Counted from the stretch's first letter, positions 36,727 to 46,939 are shown. The stretch: DNA of 64,000 nucleotides from Candidatus Nomurabacteria bacterium GW2011_GWE2_34_25 (GCA_000990325.1 LBPS01000005.1:17161-81160); one strand, 5' to 3'. The notes: generated by a model not told the origin, from the letters alone. Numbers and translations are program-made.

Positions 36727-38142
36727 ATGTCAAAAGAATACTATACTACCATCGGCCTTGAGATACATGCGGAACTAAATACCAATTCTAAAATGTTTTG
36801 TGGTTGCAAGAACGACCCAGACGAAGTAAAACCAAATGTAAATATCTGCCCAGTTTGTATGGCTCATCCTGGTACTCTGCCTGTTATAAACAAGAAGGCA
36901 GTAGAGAGCGTTATAAAGGTAGGGCTTGCGCTCGGGGCCAATATTGCAGACTTTACAGAATTTGATAGAAAAAATTACTTTTATCCAGATATTCCAAAAG
37001 CTTACCAGATCTCACAATATAAATACCCAATCGTTTCTGGTGGCTCTCTTAAGGGAGTAGACATTACTCGTGTGCACCTAGAAGAAGATACCGCTACAAG
37101 TAAACATGACAGAGGGGATTATTCTCTTGTAGATTTTAATCGATGTGGGGTGCCTTTGATGGAGCTTGTGACCGAACCAGTAATTCATTCTTCTAAACAA
37201 GCTGGGGACTTCGGGAGAGAATTACAAACAGTCCTTCGGTACTTAGGAGTATCTGAAGCTAATATGGAAAAAGGTCAGATGAGAGTAGAACTCAACATTT
37301 CAATATCAGAAGACCCTAAGGTTTTTGGTACAAAGGTAGAAGTTAAAAATATTAATTCTTTCAAGGCGATGGAGCGTGCGGCAGAATATGAGATAAAAAG
37401 AATGTCCGCACTACTTGATACAGGAGAAGGAGATAAAATAGTTCAGGAAACTCGTGGTTGGGATGAAAGTAAACAGTCTACCTTCTCTCAGCGAAAGAAA
37501 GAAAATGCCAACGACTATAGATACTTCCCAGATCCAGATTTACCAAAACTATTTTTAAGTAAAGTTTTTGATATAGAAAAGATGAGAAGTGAACTTCCAG
37601 AACTTCCAGAAGCAAGAAGAAATAGATATAGGAATGATTGTGGAATTAAAGATGAAGATATAGAGAGTTATATTGTGGACAAAGAACTTGGCGACTGGTT
37701 CGAGAAAGTAGCAGGGGAGCTAAAAGATAAAAATAAAATTAAAATAGCCTCAAATTATATTACTTCTGATTATTTAGGCCTTAAAAAAGTAAATATGGAA
37801 GTCGGACTTCCATATGTTAAAAATTTTGCTGAGCTTATAGAGATGGTAGTAGAGAATAAAATTTCTTCTCGTGGAGCCAAAGATATCCTTGCTATGATAG
37901 TTATTAAAGATGAATCTCCACTTAAAGTAGCGACTGAAAAAGGGTTACTACAGAATCACGACGAAGGCGCACTCAAAGAAATAATAAAGAAAATTATAGA
38001 TGCCAACCCTACTGTTGTAGAAACCTACAAAGGAGGCAAAGAGAATGCTATAATGTCTCTAGTTGGTCAAGTTATGAAGGAAAGTAAAGGTAGTGCAAAT
38101 CCACAAATGGTTCAAAAATTATTAAAAGAATTATTAAGTTAA
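36727..38142 (+). CDS. gatB: Asp-tRNA(Asn)/Glu-tRNA(Gln) amidotransferase subunit B
   Basis: YYTTIGLEIHAELNTNSKMFCGCKN, the canonical GatB N-terminus, plus a C-terminal YqeY-like tail. Confidence 0.95.
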   Translation: MSKEYYTTIGLEIHAELNTNSKMFCGCKNDPDEVKPNVNICPVCMAHPGTLPVINKKAVESVIKVGLALGANIADFTEFDRKNYFYPDIPKAYQISQYKYPIVSGGSLKGVDITRVHLEEDTATSKHDRGDYSLVDFNRCGVPLMELVTEPVIHSSKQAGDFGRELQTVLRYLGVSEANMEKGQMRVELNISISEDPKVFGTKVEVKNINSFKAMERAAEYEIKRMSALLDTGEGDKIVQETRGWDESKQSTFSQRKKENANDYRYFPDPDLPKLFLSKVFDIEKMRSELPELPEARRNRYRNDCGIKDEDIESYIVDKELGDWFEKVAGELKDKNKIKIASNYITSDYLGLKKVNMEVGLPYVKNFAELIEMVVENKISSRGAKDILAMIVIKDESPLKVATEKGLLQNHDEGALKEIIKKIIDANPTVVETYKGGKENAIMSLVGQVMKESKGSANPQMVQKLLKELLS

Positions 38143-38160
38143 AATAACTACATAAAAATA

Positions 38161-38233
38161 TTCAAATTCTTCGCGCTTTACCCAGATTACTGGGACCTAC
38201 GCGACTCAGAATTTCAACATTTTTACTCCGTTA
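38161..38233 (+). repeat. conserved upstream motif, copy 2 (upstream of gap)
   Basis: Same GCTTTACCC-loop-GGG...ACG...TTTnAACATTTnTnCTCCGTTA pattern as 8486-8555. The outer stem co-varies (ttcaaattcttcgcg / cgcga..gaatttcaa). Confidence 0.6.
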
Positions 38234-38253
38234 TTTTGTGATATAATTATTAT

Positions 38254-39294
38254 ATGAAAAAGATAAAAGTTGCGATAAATGGTTTTGGGAGAATTGGAAG
38301 AGCATTTTTGAAGATTGCTTGGGAGAGGGAGGACATAGAGATAGTAGCAGTGAATGACTTGGGTTCTATTGAGAGTCTTTCTTATCTTCTTCGTCATGAT
38401 ACTGTTTATCGTAATTGGGGACATCCCGTGCGAATTGAAGCCAATTCTAATGGGACAAGCAACCTGCTTATTGACGACAAGAAAGTATTGTTCATTTCAG
38501 AAAAAGATACAACAAAACTTCCTTGGAAAGATTTGGATATTGATGTAGTTGTAGAATCCACAGGCCTCTTTACTTCATTTGATAAAGCAAAATTCCACCT
38601 TGATTGTGGAGCTAAAAAGGTAGTTATCAGTGCGCCCTCAAAAGGAGCTGAGAGTACAACTAAAGGTGAGACTATTATCCTTGGTGTTAACGAAGATAAA
38701 TTTGGAACATGTGACATCACTTCCAACGCATCTTGTACTAGTAACGCTGCTTCTCCGCTTATCGCGATCATGGATGAATCTATTGGTATTGAAAAGGCAG
38801 TTTTAAACACTGTCCACGGCTATACTGCTGCTCAGGTCCTCGTAGACGGCCCAAGTAAGAAAGACCTTCGTGAAGGTCGTGCAGCAGCTCAGAATATCGT
38901 TCCAAGCTCTACAGGAGCAGCTATCGCTTTGACTGAAGCCTTCCCAAGTCTTAAGGGATTATTCGACGGTCTAGCTATTCGTGTACCAGTTGTCGACGGG
39001 TCAATTGTAGATGTTACATTTATTGCGAAGAGAAATACCACAAAAGAAGAGGTTAATGAGATAATGAAAAAAGCAGCAAAAGATCCTCGATGGGAAAAAT
39101 TGTTTACTGTTACAGAAGACAATCTTGTTTCCTCAGATATTCTTGGAGAAAGTCATGCTTGTATAGCTGATATTGATCTGACTCGTGTCGTCGGAGGCAA
39201 CCTTGTGAAAGTCCTCGGCTGGTATGATAACGAAATGGGGTATACATACACTCTTGTTGATCATGTAGTTAAAACAGGTAATACTATAAAATAA
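38254..39294 (+). CDS. gap: glyceraldehyde-3-phosphate dehydrogenase
   Basis: INGFGRIGR and the ASCTSNA active-site motif. An extended -10 (TGTGATATAAT, 38237-38247) sits 6 nt before the ATG, suggesting a leaderless mRNA. Confidence 0.95.
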   Translation: MKKIKVAINGFGRIGRAFLKIAWEREDIEIVAVNDLGSIESLSYLLRHDTVYRNWGHPVRIEANSNGTSNLLIDDKKVLFISEKDTTKLPWKDLDIDVVVESTGLFTSFDKAKFHLDCGAKKVVISAPSKGAESTTKGETIILGVNEDKFGTCDITSNASCTSNAASPLIAIMDESIGIEKAVLNTVHGYTAAQVLVDGPSKKDLREGRAAAQNIVPSSTGAAIALTEAFPSLKGLFDGLAIRVPVVDGSIVDVTFIAKRNTTKEEVNEIMKKAAKDPRWEKLFTVTEDNLVSSDILGESHACIADIDLTRVVGGNLVKVLGWYDNEMGYTYTLVDHVVKTGNTIK

Positions 39295-39296
39295 CT

Positions 39297-39632
39297 ATGA
39301 AAAAATTTATCTATATTGGGCTTATTTCTGGAATAATAGTTGGTTCAATTTTATTATTTAAATCAGATATAAGATTTATTCCCAAAATAATATATCTAGA
39401 AATAATAGCTGTTTCTTTATCTGTAGCCTTGAGTATAATTGTTTATTTTATTTTGGAAAAGATTGGAATATTAAAAAAACCAAGTTTTAATCTAAATAAT
39501 CAAAATGTAATCAACAAAAATAACTATTTTTTAAAAATTTTTAAATTTATTATTTTAGGATTTCTTATTATATATTTAGTAATCTATATATTAGGTTTTC
39601 TTATTGGTTTATTTTATAACGGTGGAATTTAA
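39297..39632 (+). CDS. small hypothetical membrane protein
   Basis: 111 aa with three hydrophobic helices. Confidence 0.3.
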   Translation: MKKFIYIGLISGIIVGSILLFKSDIRFIPKIIYLEIIAVSLSVALSIIVYFILEKIGILKKPSFNLNNQNVINKNNYFLKIFKFIILGFLIIYLVIYILGFLIGLFYNGGI

Positions 39633-40469
39633 ATTTAATTGCGATATCTCTCCCTTAAATACAAAAGTTGCTGGGCCGCGTAGTAATACGTGGCCTTGTT
39701 CGTTTTCAGATAAATATAGCTTTCCACCAGGGAATTCGAGAGTTATTTCTTCCCCTAGGCACGGCTTAGGGGAAAGTTTATTTAATATCGAATAGACTGC
39801 ACAGGCGCCAGTACCACAAGCAAGAGTTGCTCCGCAACCTCGCTCCCAGACTTTTACTTTGTAATAGTCTTCGCTGATTTTTTCTACAAACTCTACATTT
39901 ATTTTATTAGGAAAGTTTTCATCAATTTCTACCTTTGGGCCAATAGTTTTCAAATCTAATTTATTTAAGTCTTCTACTATTGTAACTGCATGCGGATTAC
40001 CCATAGATACACAATTAAAATCAAAACCCTCTATGTTTATCTTTTTGTCACAGGTCAGACCTGTGACAGTAGGAAAATCAGGGCTTTCAAATATAGGAGC
40101 ACCCATATTTACAGAATAAGTATCATCTTCGTTTACTTTTATATTTTTTATACCAGCTCTCGTTTCTATATTTAATTCAATCTTGCGTGAGGCAAGGCCT
40201 AACGCAGAAGTTTGTTCTAGGAAGAATTTGGCTGTACAACGAGCACCATTACCACACATTTCAGCTAGAGTTCCATCAGAATTATAGTAATTCATAAAAC
40301 AATCAGCTTTATCGCTTGGCTCTAAAAGAATGACTCCATCAGCACCGATGCCAAAATTTCTATCACAAAATTGCTTGATTTGTTCAGGTACTAAGGTAAC
40401 ACTTTTATCCAGATTATTAATCATTATAAAGTCGTTCCCCGCACCGTGGTATTTATGGAATATTGTCAT
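39609..40469 (-). CDS. dapF: diaminopimelate epimerase
   Basis: FHKYHGAGNDF and EMCGNGARC catalytic Cys motifs. The start is set at MTIFHKYHG. Confidence 0.85.
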   Translation of the reverse strand: MTIFHKYHGAGNDFIMINNLDKSVTLVPEQIKQFCDRNFGIGADGVILLEPSDKADCFMNYYNSDGTLAEMCGNGARCTAKFFLEQTSALGLASRKIELNIETRAGIKNIKVNEDDTYSVNMGAPIFESPDFPTVTGLTCDKKINIEGFDFNCVSMGNPHAVTIVEDLNKLDLKTIGPKVEIDENFPNKINVEFVEKISEDYYKVKVWERGCGATLACGTGACAVYSILNKLSPKPCLGEEITLEFPGGKLYLSENEQGHVLLRGPATFVFKGEISQLNLNSTVIK

Positions 40470-40490
40470 AAAATGTATTATAATATAAAT

Positions 40491-41126
40491 ATGAAAATTT
40501 ATATAGGCAGTGATCATGCTGGATTTGCACTAAAAGAAAAACTTAAAATATTTATAAAAGAACTTGGGTACGAAGTAGAAGACAAGGGAGCTTTTTCTTT
40601 AGAACCAACGGATGATTATCCTGATTTTATAATTCCTGTCGCTAAAGAGGTGGCTCTCCACCCAGATTCTCTTGGAATAATACTAGGGGGTAGCGGTGAA
40701 GGAGAGCAAATTTCAGCCAATAAAATAGATGGAGTCAGAGCTATTGAATATTATGGTGGTAATTTGGAAATTGTAAAACTGGGCCGTGAACACAATGATG
40801 CCAACGTTCTTTCTCTCGGTGTTCGTTTTATAGAAGAGGAAGAAGGAAAAGAAGCTATAAAAATATTTATAAATACTCCATTTTCAAATGAAGAAAGGCA
40901 CGTACGAAGATTAAAGGAAATTGGTAAAATAAATAAAAATTTTAAGATACTTTATTACATAGGCACCCTTATTTTGTTCATAATTGGTCTTATTTTTTAT
41001 GTTTTAAAAACATCTTCTATTGAAGAATTTCCTAAAAAAATTAATTACTTAGAATTATGGCCTATTTTTATTCTAATAATTTTCATTTCATTATTTATAA
41101 TAAAAGCTAATCGTAAGATTAAATAA
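40491..41126 (+). CDS. rpiB: ribose-5-phosphate isomerase B with unusual C-terminal two-TM extension
   Basis: MKIYIGSDHAGFALKEK...ANKIDGVRA forms an RpiB/LacAB core (~150 aa). It is followed by about 70 aa containing two hydrophobic helices. Confidence 0.7.
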   Translation: MKIYIGSDHAGFALKEKLKIFIKELGYEVEDKGAFSLEPTDDYPDFIIPVAKEVALHPDSLGIILGGSGEGEQISANKIDGVRAIEYYGGNLEIVKLGREHNDANVLSLGVRFIEEEEGKEAIKIFINTPFSNEERHVRRLKEIGKINKNFKILYYIGTLILFIIGLIFYVLKTSSIEEFPKKINYLELWPIFILIIFISLFIIKANRKIK

Positions 41127-41128
41127 TT

Positions 41129-41821
41129 ATGATTGAAGTTATACCAGCAGTATTAGCTAAAGATATAAATGACCTAAGGCAAAAGATTGCCAATGTTGTA
41201 AATGTGACACATATAGTACAAATAGATATCTGTGATGGCAAGTTTGTAGAATCTATAAGCTGGCCTATGAGTCCTTATGATGCCCAAAGTGTCGCCCCTA
41301 TATTAGAAGAGGAAGAAGGCTTACCGTACTGGGAAAACTTAGACTTTGAATTTGATCTAATGGTTAAAGATGCTATCAAACAATTCGACTTTTTTGTTCG
41401 GCTCGGAGCGAAAAGAATAATATTCCACCTAGAAGCTGAGGACCAAAATGAACTTAAGGATTTTATTAATGCTATCGACCCATATACTAGAGAGAATTTA
41501 GAAATAGGAATAGCTATAAATACAACAACGAAGATAGAGGAATTATTCCCTTACATAAATTCGATAGATTTTGTACAATGTATGGGTATCGAGCACATAG
41601 GATTCCAAGGTGAACCTTTCGATGAAAAAGTTTTGGCTCAGATAAAAAGTTTAAAAGAAAAATATCCAGATTTGATTGTAAGTGTGGATGGTAGTGTCAA
41701 TGAAGATACTGCTCCGCGATTAGTAGAAGCAGGCGCAGACAGGCTCGTCACAGGGAGTCTACTTATGAGAAGTTTTGATGTCAAAGAAACGATAAAAGAA
41801 TTAAGTGAACTAGGTTCTTAG
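41129..41821 (+). CDS. rpe: ribulose-phosphate 3-epimerase-like TIM-barrel protein
   Basis: IPAVLAKDINDL...VQIDICDGKFVESISW...GADRLVTGS fits the Rpe family pattern. It lies between rpiB and tkt. Confidence 0.6.
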   Translation: MIEVIPAVLAKDINDLRQKIANVVNVTHIVQIDICDGKFVESISWPMSPYDAQSVAPILEEEEGLPYWENLDFEFDLMVKDAIKQFDFFVRLGAKRIIFHLEAEDQNELKDFINAIDPYTRENLEIGIAINTTTKIEELFPYINSIDFVQCMGIEHIGFQGEPFDEKVLAQIKSLKEKYPDLIVSVDGSVNEDTAPRLVEAGADRLVTGSLLMRSFDVKETIKELSELGS

Positions 41822-41919
41822 AAAGCTACACAAATTATATTTTAAAAAAAGTCCTCGGATGAGGGAGGACGAGGAGCCAGACTAGTTTTTTATAAAATAA
41901 TTTGTTTCGCTTAAATACA

Positions 41920-42768
41920 ATGGAAACATTAAACGACAATAGAATAAAAGAATTACAAATAATAGCGAATAATATTCGTAAGAGTATTATCAATATGCTT
42001 TATGAGGCAAAATCTGGACACACAGCCGGCGCCCTTGGTATGGCAGATATATTTACTTATTTATATTTTGAAGCTTTAAAACATCAGCCAGAAAATCCTT
42101 TTTGGCCAGATAGAGACAGATTAGTATTGTCCAATGGTCATATTTGTCCAGTACTTTATGCCACAATGGCTCATGCAGGATACTTCCCAGTAGAAGAACT
42201 TAATACGCTCCGCAAATTTAGTAGTAGACTCCAAGGACATCCTCACAGAGAATTCTTGCCTATACTAGAGACCTCTTCAGGACCACTTGGCGAAGGGCTT
42301 TCCCAAGCAGTAGGTATGGCTATTGCATCTCGCATGGAGAGGGGAATTGATAAGAAAATATATTGTCTCCTAGGTGACGGGGAACTAAACGAAGGTCAGA
42401 ACTGGGAAGCGATCATGCTCGCCTCAAAAGAGAAGTTAAACAATTTAATTGTAATAGTAGATAGAAACTTTATTCAAATAGATGGTAGTACTGAGATAGT
42501 TATGCCAATGGGAGACATGCTTTCTAAATTTAAAGAATTTGGATGGAATGGTGAACAAATAAATGGACATGATTTAATTCAAATCAATCACGCAATTTAT
42601 AATGCTAAAAATAACAAAGAGAGACCTTATGTGATAATTGCAAAAACAATTCCAAGTAAAGGAGTAAAAGAATGGGAAGGGAATTATAAATGGCATGGAA
42701 TAGCTCCAAGTAAAGAGGAGAAAGACATGGCAATTAAAGAATTAGAAAAATTAGTTTCTAGTTTCTAG
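41920..42768 (+). CDS. transketolase, N-terminal (TPP-binding) subunit
   Basis: GHTAGALGMADIF, GDGELNEGQNWEA. A split tkt. Confidence 0.9.
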   Translation: METLNDNRIKELQIIANNIRKSIINMLYEAKSGHTAGALGMADIFTYLYFEALKHQPENPFWPDRDRLVLSNGHICPVLYATMAHAGYFPVEELNTLRKFSSRLQGHPHREFLPILETSSGPLGEGLSQAVGMAIASRMERGIDKKIYCLLGDGELNEGQNWEAIMLASKEKLNNLIVIVDRNFIQIDGSTEIVMPMGDMLSKFKEFGWNGEQINGHDLIQINHAIYNAKNNKERPYVIIAKTIPSKGVKEWEGNYKWHGIAPSKEEKDMAIKELEKLVSSF

Positions 42769-42798
42769 TGGCTAGGTTCTAGTAATTATAAAAACAAA

Positions 42799-43788
42799 AT
42801 GCTTAATCAAAAATTAAAACTAAATACAAAAATATTTAATTCTGATGTAGAGAAGAAATCTACTCGTCTCGGCTTTGGTGAAGGGTTACTCATTGCTGGA
42901 ACACAAAATGAAAACATCGTAGGACTTTGTGCTGACTTAGTAGAATCTACTAAGATGAACTTATTTGCTGACAAATTCCCTGATAGATTTATAGAATTAG
43001 GAATTGCTGAACAAAACTTAGCGTCTGTGGCAAGTGGCATGGCTTCTATGGGCAAAATTCCTTTTATTGCTTCTTATGCAATTTATAGTCCTGGACGTAA
43101 TTGGGAACAAATACGCACAACTATTTGTTTTAATGGAGAACCTGTTAAGATTATCGGCACACATGCAGGTCTTTCTGTGGGTCCTGATGGAGGAAGCCAC
43201 CAATGCCTAGAAGACATTGCTCTTACTCGCGTACTTCCTAACATGGTAGTTATTTCTCCTTGTGACGCTATCGAAGCTAAGAAGGCAACTATTGTAATGT
43301 CAAAAACAAAAAGCCCGACATACCTACGGTGTGCCAGGAATGATACTCCAATAATAACAACAGAGGAAACTCCATTTGAAATAGGTAAAGCACAAATAGT
43401 TTTCCAGCCTGAAAATGGACTCGCCCAATTGGGAATAATCGCTACAGGACCATCAGTATACAATGCGCTAATAGTAGCTAAAAATTTAGAAAGTGAAGGA
43501 ATAAAGGTGAAGGTTATGAATCTATCCACTATAAAACCTTTAGACAGTGATGCTATTATGGCCTTAGCAAAAGAAACCAAAAAAATAGTAACAGTGGAAG
43601 ACCATCAAATTGCTGGCGGTATGGGAGGAGCTGTTGCTGAATGCCTAGCTCAAAACTATCCTACTAGAATAGAGTTTGTGGGAGTAAAAGACAAATTTGG
43701 ACAGTCAGGTATACCTGAAGAACTCGCAAAATATTACGAAATAGACCAAGAGGCGATACTTAGGGCTGTAAGAAAAATATTGAAATAA
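42799..43788 (+). CDS. transketolase, C-terminal (Pyr/C-terminal domain) subunit
   Basis: GIAEQNLASVASGMAS and FVGVKDKFGQSG. Confidence 0.9.
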   Translation: MLNQKLKLNTKIFNSDVEKKSTRLGFGEGLLIAGTQNENIVGLCADLVESTKMNLFADKFPDRFIELGIAEQNLASVASGMASMGKIPFIASYAIYSPGRNWEQIRTTICFNGEPVKIIGTHAGLSVGPDGGSHQCLEDIALTRVLPNMVVISPCDAIEAKKATIVMSKTKSPTYLRCARNDTPIITTEETPFEIGKAQIVFQPENGLAQLGIIATGPSVYNALIVAKNLESEGIKVKVMNLSTIKPLDSDAIMALAKETKKIVTVEDHQIAGGMGGAVAECLAQNYPTRIEFVGVKDKFGQSGIPEELAKYYEIDQEAILRAVRKILK

Positions 43789-43802
43789 AAATAATAAAAA
43801 AT

Positions 43803-43830
43803 AAGGAAGTCGGACTTCCTTATTTTTTAT
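43803..43830. terminator. bidirectional terminator between tkt (+) and the kinase gene (-)
   Basis: aaggaagtccggacttcctt perfect palindrome followed by a T run. Confidence 0.8.
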
Positions 43831-43835
43831 TACTT

Positions 43836-44834
43836 TTATTTAATTTGAGTTAGTTTATAATTTTCAGGAGCATTCGTTAAATATTCTTCTAATTTTTCTC
43901 TTGAGAGAAGTCCTTTTTGAGGTCCAACTTGTAAGACAACAGACATGGCATTGATAGGTCCCCACGTTAAGGCCTCTTTTAAATCTTTTTCTAATATTAA
44001 GGCCGAGACAACAGCCGAAGCAAAAGCATCACCAGCTCCCGTTGATTCAAAAGAGGATGTGCTGTATACAGGAATAAACCAGATATTGATTCCATCATCT
44101 AAATAAGCCCCCCTAAGCCCATCTGTCATTATTATATTCTTTGGACCAATAGACCTCAACATGGTCATCAATTTAACAGCATCATTTTCTTCGGTTTCTA
44201 AGATTTTTTGAGCTTCAACTAAATTACAGAAGAGTATTTCTGTTTTTTGATATATATCCCTTAAAGCTTCAATTCCAAGTTTAATTTGAAATGTTCCAGG
44301 TTGAAAAGCTAATTTTACCTCAGGAAATTTATTTAAATAATCATTTATTTCTTTGTGATAATCGATTGAATTTGAAGCTAACGACGAAAGATAAACCCAT
44401 TTAGCTTGAGGAACATCTTCACCTAAAGAATAAGGGAATTCTGTATGCTTCACAAGAATTGTTCGCTCAGTTTCGTACCAAAGAACAAAATGATAATTGG
44501 ACTCCATACCAGGAACTATTTTCATATGATCTACATTGACACCATCTTTCATTAAAGATTCTAAGTCTTGTTTGCCTACAGTATCATCCCCAATATAAGA
44601 AACGAGGGACGACTTGAGACCAAGCTTACTTACACCAACTGCTACATTGGGACTGTTGCCTACAGCATGGCATACTTCTGCAGATTCATAGGGTACCTTT
44701 TCTCCGAAACGAAAACATATCTTGCAATGTTCCCCCTGTAAATCACAATTGGCTTCTGCATCAATAATCTTTATAAATGGCTCAGTTGCTATATCTCCTA
44801 TAGCTAGAAAATCTATTTGTTTATCTTTATCCAT
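43836..44834 (-). CDS. PfkB-family carbohydrate kinase
   Basis: Ribokinase-like fold with a C-terminal TGAGDAF motif. Confidence 0.75.
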   Translation of the reverse strand: MDKDKQIDFLAIGDIATEPFIKIIDAEANCDLQGEHCKICFRFGEKVPYESAEVCHAVGNSPNVAVGVSKLGLKSSLVSYIGDDTVGKQDLESLMKDGVNVDHMKIVPGMESNYHFVLWYETERTILVKHTEFPYSLGEDVPQAKWVYLSSLASNSIDYHKEINDYLNKFPEVKLAFQPGTFQIKLGIEALRDIYQKTEILFCNLVEAQKILETEENDAVKLMTMLRSIGPKNIIMTDGLRGAYLDDGINIWFIPVYSTSSFESTGAGDAFASAVVSALILEKDLKEALTWGPINAMSVVLQVGPQKGLLSREKLEEYLTNAPENYKLTQIK

Positions 44835-44870
44835 TTAAATATTATACCACAATGTGATATAATTATTAAT

Positions 44871-45761
44871 ATGATTAAAACTTTAAGAGAATATATAAAA
44901 GAAGCAGAGGGAAAAGGAATAGCCATCGGGCATTTTAATATTTCAAACATGGAAGGCTTGCATGGTATATATAATGCTTCTAAAAAACTATCGGAAGAAA
45001 CAGGTTCCCCAGTGCCTATTATCATTGGTGTCTCAGAAGGAGAGGAAGAATTTATTGGTAGAGATGAAGTTGCAGTGTTGGTCAAAATGATAAGAGAAAG
45101 AGATAACTATCCAATATTCTTAAATGCAGACCATCATTATACTTTTGAGTCTGTTAAAAAAGCTTTAGAGGCAGGATATGACGCGGCAATTCTAGATGCT
45201 GTAAAACTTCCTCTTGAGGAAAATATAATCCTTACAAAAAAGTGTGTAGAATATGCTAAAGAATTAGGTGATAAAGAAGGTAGGGACATACTAATAGAAG
45301 CCGAGCTAGGATTCATTGGACAGTCATCCAAACTACTTGATGCAATCCCAGAAGGAGTGAGTGAGGCAACAATGACAAAACCAGAGGATGCAAAATATTT
45401 TGTCGAACAAACTGATATAAACCTACTTGCGCCGTCAGTAGGTAATATTCATGGAATGATAAAAGGTGGTAACCCAAGATTAGATATAGAGAGAATTAAA
45501 GCTATCAGAGAAGCTTGTGGGGTTCCGTTGGTACTCCATGGAGGTTCAGGAATAGCAGATGAAGACTTCACAAGTGCAATAAAAGCTGGAATCTCAATAA
45601 TCCACATTAATACTGAGATACGCGTGGCTTATAAAAATGCATTAGAGAAATCATTAAAAGAAAATCCCAACGAAGTTGCTCCTTATAAATTCCTAAAAGG
45701 GGGAGTGGAGGCTGTAGAAGATGTGGTCTATAATCGTTTGAAATTATTCAACAATTTATAG
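44871..45761 (+). CDS. class II fructose/tagatose-bisphosphate aldolase
   Basis: LNADHH..., LVLHGGSG and a zinc aldolase core. The start is set at MIKTLREY. Confidence 0.8.
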   Translation: MIKTLREYIKEAEGKGIAIGHFNISNMEGLHGIYNASKKLSEETGSPVPIIIGVSEGEEEFIGRDEVAVLVKMIRERDNYPIFLNADHHYTFESVKKALEAGYDAAILDAVKLPLEENIILTKKCVEYAKELGDKEGRDILIEAELGFIGQSSKLLDAIPEGVSEATMTKPEDAKYFVEQTDINLLAPSVGNIHGMIKGGNPRLDIERIKAIREACGVPLVLHGGSGIADEDFTSAIKAGISIIHINTEIRVAYKNALEKSLKENPNEVAPYKFLKGGVEAVEDVVYNRLKLFNNL

Positions 45762-45979
45762 TATATGGTTATAGACATAGAACTTACATTGAATAGATGG
45801 GGATTTGGTAAAATTAATGAAAACAAATTTCAGTTTTTTTGTTTTAGATTCTCTAAGTGGAAAATCCCCAATAAGTATTCTATCTCTTTTGAAATAAATT
45901 GGAGGGGTAAAGATGAATCCAAATAATCAATTTTTGCTAAATTTGATATTATGAATAATGTATGTTATAATGACATTTC

Positions 45980-46498
45980 ATGAAATGGATTATATTTACA
46001 GGTACATGGCAATTAACTAATAAAGAGGTTGAAAATGATGTCAGACAAGCAGTTAGACGTGTTTTCGAGCGTGGTGATGGCCTAGCTACTGGTGGAGCAA
46101 CTGGAGTTGATTATTTTGCTATGGATGAGTTTGTAAAATTAAATCCAAGTTGTACTCGTATTAGAATTTTTATCCCTGCACGTCTTGATCATTTTATAGA
46201 CGATTATAGAAAAAGTTGGAAGCACAGTCCTATTAATGATACAGACATAGACAACTTGGAATATCTTTTAAAATTAATTAAGGAGAGAAATCCAAGTGCT
46301 GTATTTGAAGTAAGAAAAGAAAGTGGAGATATAAGTCAGGAAGAATATGATATTCGTCACAATGAGGAAGTGACCTTTTCTGATGAAATATATGCCTTTC
46401 AAGTCAATGATAGTAGTGGCACTAGCGACACTATAGAAAAAGCTAAAAAAGCAGGCTTACCTATAAGTCTGCACAAAACTTATACGATTGCTGAATAA
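45980..46498 (+). CDS. SLOG/DprA-like Rossmann-fold protein (hypothetical)
   Basis: GDGLATGGATGVDYFAMDEF resembles the GGxxGxD nucleotide-binding loop of the DprA/LOG/YpsA (SLOG) superfamily. It is a 172-aa standalone protein. Confidence 0.35.
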   Translation: MKWIIFTGTWQLTNKEVENDVRQAVRRVFERGDGLATGGATGVDYFAMDEFVKLNPSCTRIRIFIPARLDHFIDDYRKSWKHSPINDTDIDNLEYLLKLIKERNPSAVFEVRKESGDISQEEYDIRHNEEVTFSDEIYAFQVNDSSGTSDTIEKAKKAGLPISLHKTYTIAE

Positions 46499-46543
46499 TA
46501 TAAAATAAATATACCCCGCTTTTTGAGCAGGGCATGGCTTATT

Positions 46544-46939
46544 TTAGTTTACCTTATTTAATATTAACCTAACTAAAAATTTAGGGTATTTGCCCATAAA
46601 CTTATTGTAGTCAAGAATTTCTTCCTCGTAGTCTTCCTGATTGTGAATCATTTTCATCCTGGTGAGGTCTTTTGGATATTCCGAAGAAGAATTCAATTCC
46701 TCCAGGTAAAGATATTTTTGACGGAATTTTTCTGAAGCTAGTTTAATTTTTTTAACTTCATTATAAATATCAGATTGAACTTTTCGTATTTTTTTATAAG
46801 CAGAAAAGATGACAATCAAAGAAATTTCCCCAAAAATAATTTCTTCAAAAAACAATGAGTCCTTCGAAATTATTAAAAAATATACAAATACACATACAAG
46901 GCCTAAGCAAATAAATACATTTAAAATCTTTTTTTTCAT
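46544..46939 (-). CDS. hypothetical membrane-anchored protein
   Basis: 131 aa with an N-terminal TM helix; I recognise no domain. Confidence 0.35.
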   Translation of the reverse strand: MKKKILNVFICLGLVCVFVYFLIISKDSLFFEEIIFGEISLIVIFSAYKKIRKVQSDIYNEVKKIKLASEKFRQKYLYLEELNSSSEYPKDLTRMKMIHNQEDYEEEILDYNKFMGKYPKFLVRLILNKVN

